From Blastocatellia bacterium (lineage in GTDB: Bacteria > Acidobacteriota > Blastocatellia > RBC074), in NCBI GenBank assembly GCA_035331565.1, contig DAOLKO010000019.1, positions 67,343 through 131,342 of the forward strand: a DNA stretch of 64,000 nt, written 5' to 3'. A program made the position numbers and the translations under genes. Positions 58,394-64,000 of this stretch are shown in pieces (within the stretch, counting starts at the first letter, position 1; each line of letters starts with the position of its first letter). The notes under the pieces were generated by a model. It did no database searches and was not told the origin of the DNA. It was given only the letters and a program-made list of their open reading frames with translations.

Positions 58394-60775
58394 TCAGTTT
58401 TCCCTTTGTTCAGACTTGACAGCGGATTGCGGCTTCACGACCAGCGTGATGGGTTTGGCCGGAAAGTCCGAACGTTGCGGCGAAGTCGTTTCAATTCTGC
58501 CGACGACGAAAATCGGCTGTTCCATTGGCTTGACCCAGCTTTCCGCCGCCAGCGTGAATTGCTGCGTTGTTTCTTCTTCTGTGATTAAGACGCCGTTCAA
58601 CCCCACGTCGGTGACGATCACGCCGTGCGGCAGATTGCGAATGTCGAAAGGCACGCGCCCGGCAAAACCGCGTTCGCGTTTGATCTTGATCGAAACCACT
58701 GCTTTGCCGCCCGGTTCCAGTGCGACTTGTTCGGCGTCAGTCCAGACCAGCAATTCCGGCGCGGGCGCAACGGAAACCACTGCGATGCGCTCATCGGTTC
58801 TCAATTGGCGCGTGGCGGTTTTGCCGTTGATAGTCGCTGTTGCCTGAATGCGCAGCGGAAAACTCTTTTGTGCATCAGCGGCGGCTGAGAGTCTGACAAC
58901 CGTCGAAGTCTGCCCCGAACGAATCACGCCTTCGCCTGCTGCAAAGCCCGCAGGCACGTCCATCAGTTTCACCGTGATGTCGCCGTCGAAACCGTCGTTG
59001 CGAAAGGCCGTCACCGTGATCGGCAGCGAACCGCCTTGCGGCACATTCGGATTTTCAGGATCGGCGAAAAGGATGAAGTCCGGTTCCGGTTCGTGAATGG
59101 TCAGCCGGTAAGCAAAGCGTTCGCCCTGCATTCCGCGCACATCGCGAATCCGCACCAGATAATCGCCGTCAGCGGGCGCTGTGAAATTCAACTTGGAATC
59201 CTTGCCGTAAATCGGCCCGCCGTCGTCATTGCGAAAGTAAAACGTCGTTACCGGTAAGCCATTCGACGCAAGCTTCGTGTCCGGCGAATGCAAAGAGACT
59301 TTGTAAATCGTCAATCCGTTCGGATGAGCTTCGGGTGTCGTGTCTTCGTAAGTCAGACGTTGACCCTGAAAGCTTTTGAAAGAGATGTCTTCGTCAGGCG
59401 TTTTCGGCAGCACTTCGACTTGCACCAGTTCGTTGCCCGCCATCAGGTAGTCGTTGACGTGAATGCCGTTCCAGGTGTTGATGCGAAATCCGCGCGAGGC
59501 CGAATCGCGATCATTCAAGGTCATCTGCGTTTCCAGCAAGGCGCGGGCGACGATGCGCGGAATCGGATTGCCTTTCGCGTCCAGCACTTCAATTACCGCA
59601 TCGAGCGGTGAACCGAATCGCTGCGCGCCGACTTCCAGCACGATGCGCTGTCCTTTGCGCGCCTGAAAACGATAAACGTCTTCGGCATTCAGCCCGGTTG
59701 GCGCGGCGGCGGGATTGAAGATTCGCCCGTTGATCGTGACCGGCCAGGAAACGCTTTGCGGCGTGGTCAATGTAGTTGGTTTTGATTGCTCCATCACTTC
59801 GGGGTGCGCGCCGACGGCGAGCGCCAAAGTGTTGATTGTCTGTCCCGCGCCCGAACTCATCGCCAGCGGTTTGCTGTCGGCAAAACCGATTCGTAGTTGC
59901 GGCAGGACTGTCGCTTTGGGCGCGTCCAGATTGAAGCCGAACGCGGCGACTTCGGTCGCTGTGTTTTCCCGAACGCCCAGCGGAAAGGCGTGCGTCAGGT
60001 AAGGCAACTCGCCTATGTTCAGGCGATAGCCGAACGCGCCCACCTGGCCTTGTCTTTCCAGATCGCTGATGCGCAGGACGTAGCTGCCGTCTTGTTTGAA
60101 AGTGTAACCGAGCAGGGAATCGCGGCTTGCGCCGTTGTCGTTGTTGGTCGCAAGCTGCGCGCCTTTGTCATCGAACAAAGTCAGAACCGAATCGAGCCGC
60201 GAATTAAGCATTGAAGCGACGACTTCAAAAACAATTTGTTGACCGGCTCTGGCCGTGAATTTGAAAAAGTCTGTGTCGCCGCGTTTTTGTAATTCGCCGA
60301 CGATGGTCGAGGGCAGGGAAATCGTTTGCGCTTCGGCAATGGAATCGTTCGCCTCGCGCTCTTTCACTTCCGGCAGCGCGCCGACGACGATGCGCCCTAG
60401 ATTCGTTGTGCCGAGCGGCGTGCGAATGCGAAAGCCGTAAATGCCCGGCAAGGCTTCGGCGGAAATAGCGGCTTCGATGGTCAGCCGATGTTTGGTGGAT
60501 TTGTCCACGATCAACGTCGCCGTAGGGCTGGAGCGGGTGTGCGGTTCGCGCACCAATTGTGAATTGAGTTTGATTTTGGCCGCGATGCCGGGCTTGCTCC
60601 AAATCACTTCGCCGGCGTCTGTCAGGTTATAGCCATCCACGGTGAACGTCGCCGTGGTTCCGCGCTGCGCGCCCATTGGTGAAGTGGCCGTCAGATAAGG
60701 CTGCGCTACTTGCGCTCGCGCGGTGATTGCCGCAGCCATCAGCAATCCACAGAAAAGCCAGAGTTGTTTTTTCAT
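58394..60775 (-). CDS. large secreted protein with repeated pre-peptidase-C-terminal-like (PPC) / Ig-like beta-sandwich domains
   Basis: GGAG RBS; signal peptide MKKQLWLFCGLLMAAAITARA. It has repeated ~100-aa modules containing ...DxYxFxAxxGQxIxxEV... (the PPC/bacterial pre-peptidase pattern). It sits 10 nt downstream of the WD40 gene. Confidence 0.7.
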   Translation of the reverse strand: MKKQLWLFCGLLMAAAITARAQVAQPYLTATSPMGAQRGTTATFTVDGYNLTDAGEVIWSKPGIAAKIKLNSQLVREPHTRSSPTATLIVDKSTKHRLTIEAAISAEALPGIYGFRIRTPLGTTNLGRIVVGALPEVKEREANDSIAEAQTISLPSTIVGELQKRGDTDFFKFTARAGQQIVFEVVASMLNSRLDSVLTLFDDKGAQLATNNDNGASRDSLLGYTFKQDGSYVLRISDLERQGQVGAFGYRLNIGELPYLTHAFPLGVRENTATEVAAFGFNLDAPKATVLPQLRIGFADSKPLAMSSGAGQTINTLALAVGAHPEVMEQSKPTTLTTPQSVSWPVTINGRIFNPAAAPTGLNAEDVYRFQARKGQRIVLEVGAQRFGSPLDAVIEVLDAKGNPIPRIVARALLETQMTLNDRDSASRGFRINTWNGIHVNDYLMAGNELVQVEVLPKTPDEDISFKSFQGQRLTYEDTTPEAHPNGLTIYKVSLHSPDTKLASNGLPVTTFYFRNDDGGPIYGKDSKLNFTAPADGDYLVRIRDVRGMQGERFAYRLTIHEPEPDFILFADPENPNVPQGGSLPITVTAFRNDGFDGDITVKLMDVPAGFAAGEGVIRSGQTSTVVRLSAAADAQKSFPLRIQATATINGKTATRQLRTDERIAVVSVAPAPELLVWTDAEQVALEPGGKAVVSIKIKRERGFAGRVPFDIRNLPHGVIVTDVGLNGVLITEEETTQQFTLAAESWVKPMEQPIFVVGRIETTSPQRSDFPAKPITLVVKPQSAVKSEQREN

Positions 60776-60785
60776 TTTGACTCCG

Positions 60786-62138
60786 TCACTTGTTCGCCAA
60801 TTTCTTTCCGGTCTTCGGATCATAAAAGGCAATCGAACCATCGTAACGCCCCACCGCCAACCGTTTGCCGTCGGCGCTGAACGCCAGCGCGAAAACCCAA
60901 TCCGGCTGCATTTCGCCGCCGTGAAGTTCTTCGAGCTTGGAGGCGTCCCACAGTTTCAAAACCTTGTCCGCGCCGGTGGACGCCAACGTTTGGCCGTCGG
61001 GCGAAAAGGCTATGAGATTGATCGCGTCTTCATGGGCGATCAAGGATTTGATTTGCCGCCCTTCGGTTTCGCCCAATTCCCACAGGCGAATCGTGCGATC
61101 AGCGCCCGCGCCGGCCAACAGTTTGCCGGAAGAATGAAAGGCAATGGAGTTCATCGCGTCCAGTCCGTCGCTGAGCGTGAACAGTCGCTGCCCGGTCGTC
61201 ACGTCCCAAATCTTGACCGTGCGATCCGCCGACGCCGACGCCAGCCGTTTGCCGTCGGGACTGAACGCGATGCTGAACACCGCGTCGGTGTGGTCTTTCA
61301 GCGTTTTGATTTCATTGCCCGAAGCCGTGTCCCACAGCTTCACCAGCCGATCGTAACTGCATGTGGCCAGCATCTTTCCGTCGGGACTGAAGGCCACGGC
61401 GAAGATGTTGTCGCGATGACCACGAATCGTGCGCACTTCCTTGCGCGCAGCCACATCCCAAAGCTTGACTTCGCCGGATTGCGATGGATTGCCGCCCGCT
61501 GCCGCCAGCAGCTTGCCGTCAGGACTGAACGCCAGACCGCGAATCTGATTGGCGTGGCCGCTGAGCTTGCCGACGGATTGACCGTTACCGGCGCTGAGCA
61601 ATTCGACTGTTTGATAACGTCCAACGGCAAGCAGCGAATTGTCTGCGGTGAAGCTGAGCGCGGTGATCGCGGCATTGACCGGCACGGTCGGTTTCAGGTC
61701 GGGAGCGGAAATGACTTTGCTAGTCGGAGCGAGAGCGGCGACATCTTTGTCCGTCATCGGCCCCGGAGCGCCCGCGTCAATCCAGGATTTGATGAGTTTG
61801 AGTTCCTCTGCGCCGAGCGGATCGTCGAGCAGCGGCATGCGCGGTTTGACGGTTCCTTCGATCATCCTGACCAGCAGGCTCTCGGCGCTTTTTCCAGGCA
61901 CGAAGGCCGCGCCGCGCTGGCCGCCGGCTTTCAGCGACTCATAACTTTCCAGATTCAATTCGCCTCTGCGCACGACGTGATTGTGACAGGCCACGCACTT
62001 TGCCTGAAAGAGCGGTTCGATTTGTTTGGCGTAACTCGGCGGAGTTTGATTGGCCTGCGTTGCCAGGCCGGACAACGCCAGCAGCCAGCCGATCAAAGTT
62101 GCAGCCCGCGCGAGGCGGCGCGGTTGAATGTTCGACAT
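60786..62138 (-). CDS. PSCyt1 (planctomycete-type cytochrome c) domain + WD40 beta-propeller protein
   Basis: Signal peptide, then KCVACHN (CxxCH) in a PSCyt1-like domain (ESLLVRMIEGTVKPRMP). About seven WD40 repeats follow (GHxDxIxxVAFSPDGKxLAS...WD). Confidence 0.8.
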   Translation of the reverse strand: MSNIQPRRLARAATLIGWLLALSGLATQANQTPPSYAKQIEPLFQAKCVACHNHVVRRGELNLESYESLKAGGQRGAAFVPGKSAESLLVRMIEGTVKPRMPLLDDPLGAEELKLIKSWIDAGAPGPMTDKDVAALAPTSKVISAPDLKPTVPVNAAITALSFTADNSLLAVGRYQTVELLSAGNGQSVGKLSGHANQIRGLAFSPDGKLLAAAGGNPSQSGEVKLWDVAARKEVRTIRGHRDNIFAVAFSPDGKMLATCSYDRLVKLWDTASGNEIKTLKDHTDAVFSIAFSPDGKRLASASADRTVKIWDVTTGQRLFTLSDGLDAMNSIAFHSSGKLLAGAGADRTIRLWELGETEGRQIKSLIAHEDAINLIAFSPDGQTLASTGADKVLKLWDASKLEELHGGEMQPDWVFALAFSADGKRLAVGRYDGSIAFYDPKTGKKLANK

Positions 62139-62285
62139 AAATTTCTGCGATGGAAATACTGCCTGGAATTCGATAGGCCGGAGCGAAATCTCCGTCCTGT
62201 TCGTTGTGGGATGCGACGAACGAAGGGTACGCCAATTCTTTTGTCAGGTGAAGAGAAGCAGCAACGATGGCGACGCAAAAGATCG

Positions 62286-63890
62286 TCAACGCGAATTGGA
62301 CAAACGCGCTTTGGCTTCGGCCAATCCGATTTGAGCGCGCCGCGATTCCGGGCGCAATTTCAGAGCTTCGGAAAAATCGCGTTCGGCGGCGGCGTAATCT
62401 TTTTGATTCAGGCCGAGTTCGGCCAATGCCAGCGCGCCCTGAATTTTTTTCAACTCGGCGATGCGAGCGGCGACGGTTGCCGCATCCGCCGCTTGTGGAT
62501 TGTGTTTCAGATACTCGTCCAGCAGCCTGACGGCTTCGACATAAAGTTCATCCTGTTCCTTTGCCTGCGCTTGCTGCAATTGCGGATTGGCGGTTGGTGC
62601 GACGGCGGTTTCCCTCACGTGAGGCAGCGCGCCGTTGACTGACGTGCCGGTCGGAGAAGCTTGTGTATGTTGTTGCGACCAGATGAAGTAAGCCGTGCCC
62701 GCGCCTATCAAAATCAGCACAGCGACCACGGCCATTATCGGTGCGGTGCGGTTTGCGCCGGTTGCTTGGTTTACGGGCGGTAATTGCGCGGCTGCTCTCG
62801 CGGGACTTGGTTTGGCAGGCGATTGCGCGGGCGGCGTTGCCCGATTCGGTTGCGCGGGTTGAGCAGTTGGGCGGACGGCAGTGGAATTGGTCGGTTCGAC
62901 GGGCGAGGCTTCCGCCGTCAACGGCGCTAGATTGGTTTCATAACTGATCCGTTCCGTCAGCGAATGCGTGGCCACCGGTTGGCGCGCGGGCGTGAACTGT
63001 TCGGTGGGCAGATTGGCCGACGCGCTACGCTGTTCGTATTCCATCAGCGCGTCCAGAAACTCCGCCGCCGAAGCGAACCTGCGATCCGGCATTTTTTCCA
63101 GTGAGCGCATGACAATCGCCGCCAGTGCCGGCGGCACGTTCGGTTGCACGGTGACGATGGGCGGCGGCGACATTTCAATGTGGCCTCGAAACACTTCGTA
63201 TTCGGAGCCGGTTTCGGAAAAGGGAAACGGCAGCCTTCCGGTCAGGGCTTCGTAAAAGGCCACGCCCAGGCTGTACAAATCCGAGCGCGCGTCCACGTCC
63301 AGACCGCGAATCTGTTCCGGCGACATATATTCAATCGTGCCGGGATTGAAGCCCGTTCGCGTCATTGTGCGTTCGCCGGCAAGTTTGACGATGCCGAAGT
63401 CTGTGATTTTCAGATTGGCTTTGCCGTCGAGCAGCATATTGGCTGGTTTGATGTCGCGGTGGATGATGCCTGTGTGTTGGCGACCGGATTCATCCACGTA
63501 GCTGAAATTATGCGCGTAATCGAGCGCCGAGAGCGCTTGTTTGAACAGCGGAATCGCCTGATGAGGCGCGAGCGCGCCTTGCCGCTGAATCAAATCGCGC
63601 AAGCTCATGCCGTTCACGAACTCCATCACCAAATAATAGTTTTCCGGCGAGGTGAAGAACTCATAAACGCGGACAATGTTCGGATGATCGAGTTGCGATT
63701 GAATGTAGGCTTCGCGGACGAAGCGCGCTTTCAATTGTTCCTGCGCTTGCGGCGGGAAAGAAGACAGCAGAATGGATTTGACGACGACTTCGCGCGGCAG
63801 TTTTTGGTGACGCCCGCGATAGACAGCGCCCATACCGCCTTGTGCCAGTTCGCTGTTGATTTCGTAATTGCCGATGATTTTTCCGATCAT
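62286..63890 (-). CDS. Ser/Thr protein kinase (N-terminal Hanks kinase, Pro/Ala-rich linker, TM, C-terminal TPR-like domain)
   Basis: GGMGAVYRGRH...VVKS, HRDIKPANML, DFGIVK and TIEYMSPE. A TM segment (IMAVVAVLILIGAGTAYFIW) and C-terminal TPR-like helices follow. Confidence 0.85.
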   Translation of the reverse strand: MIGKIIGNYEINSELAQGGMGAVYRGRHQKLPREVVVKSILLSSFPPQAQEQLKARFVREAYIQSQLDHPNIVRVYEFFTSPENYYLVMEFVNGMSLRDLIQRQGALAPHQAIPLFKQALSALDYAHNFSYVDESGRQHTGIIHRDIKPANMLLDGKANLKITDFGIVKLAGERTMTRTGFNPGTIEYMSPEQIRGLDVDARSDLYSLGVAFYEALTGRLPFPFSETGSEYEVFRGHIEMSPPPIVTVQPNVPPALAAIVMRSLEKMPDRRFASAAEFLDALMEYEQRSASANLPTEQFTPARQPVATHSLTERISYETNLAPLTAEASPVEPTNSTAVRPTAQPAQPNRATPPAQSPAKPSPARAAAQLPPVNQATGANRTAPIMAVVAVLILIGAGTAYFIWSQQHTQASPTGTSVNGALPHVRETAVAPTANPQLQQAQAKEQDELYVEAVRLLDEYLKHNPQAADAATVAARIAELKKIQGALALAELGLNQKDYAAAERDFSEALKLRPESRRAQIGLAEAKARLSNSR

Positions 63891-63895
63891 ATTCA

Positions 63896-64000
63896 GGAGT
63901 TGACGATGGAAGACTTGACCGCGTTGATGACCGCTTCCGAAGCGCCCAGACTGCGCAACTGGCTGATTGCTGCATCGCGCGGTTTGAATTTAATGCCGTA
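63896..64000 (-). CDS. 3' end of an upstream co-transcribed gene (partial, 34 codons), unknown function
   Basis: The minus-strand frame ...YGIKFKPRDAAISQLRSLGASEAVINAVKSSIVNS* ends 5 nt before the kinase ATG, and the body continues beyond the window. Confidence 0.35.

Noticed and set aside
60723-62642. 639-aa plus-strand ORF
   Set aside because: It is antisense to the PSCyt1-WD40 gene and the end of the kinase gene; it is Arg/Gly-rich with no domains.
1-64000. tRNA / rRNA / IS elements / integrases
   Set aside because: None of the short intergenic regions shows a tRNA cloverleaf (no GTTCxAxTC T-loop or CCA context), and no transposase or integrase-like ORF was seen. The DUF433/DUF5615 pair is the only mobile-looking module.

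Overview
This is a GC-rich (~60% by eye) bacterial chromosomal segment with no rRNA, tRNA, CRISPR array, transposase or integrase. The gene content (a PSCyt1 cytochrome-WD40 protein, a giant HEAT/cytochrome-c/beta-propeller dehydrogenase, many Hanks kinases, TPR and FHA proteins, a ROCO protein) suggests an Acidobacteriota- or PVC-like soil bacterium; that is inference only. The window has three parts. (i) 1-10.2 kb holds housekeeping and accessory genes on mostly the minus strand: SMC (partial), a ferritin-like di-iron protein, FKBP, a BNR/Asp-box sialidase-like hydrolase, and a divergent orphan membrane-fusion lipoprotein. (ii) 10.4-40.4 kb is one ~30 kb co-directional plus-strand Wzx/Wzy-dependent exopolysaccharide (EPS) / O-antigen-like locus. 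It encodes a TPR-CBM protein, an O-antigen-ligase/Wzy-like protein, Wza, two tandem Wzc tyrosine autokinase paralogs, Wzx, five GT4 glycosyltransferases and one GT2, two SAM methyltransferases (one with a Trm112-like zinc ribbon), a NodU/CmcH carbamoyltransferase, AsnB, an SDR epimerase, and a WecA/MraY-like priming transferase fused to a CoA-binding-like domain. It ends in a ~1060-aa sorbosone-dehydrogenase-like/HEAT/cytochrome-c protein. (iii) 40.6-64 kb is a signalling and stress island. It holds an LRR-Roc-COR (ROCO) GTPase with near-identical 69-bp LRR repeats and an uncharacterised Cys/His/Trp-rich C-terminal module, a convergent TPR protein, an OMP, an M20 peptidase, a DUF433/DUF5615 TA-like pair, an amidohydrolase and a 10-TM/GAF/zinc-ribbon Ser/Thr kinase. 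Further right are a TlpA-like thioredoxin next to two secreted proteins full of Cys-Cys doublets (candidate periplasmic metal-binding module), a TAT-exported enolase-superfamily enzyme, and an FHA / PPC-domain / PSCyt1-WD40 / second Ser/Thr kinase cluster. The most interesting candidates are the CC-doublet/TlpA module, the ROCO protein with its unknown effector-like tail, the tandem Wzc paralogs with a GA/CT-rich inverted repeat between them, and the unusually decorated (carbamoyl/methyl/amide) EPS pathway.
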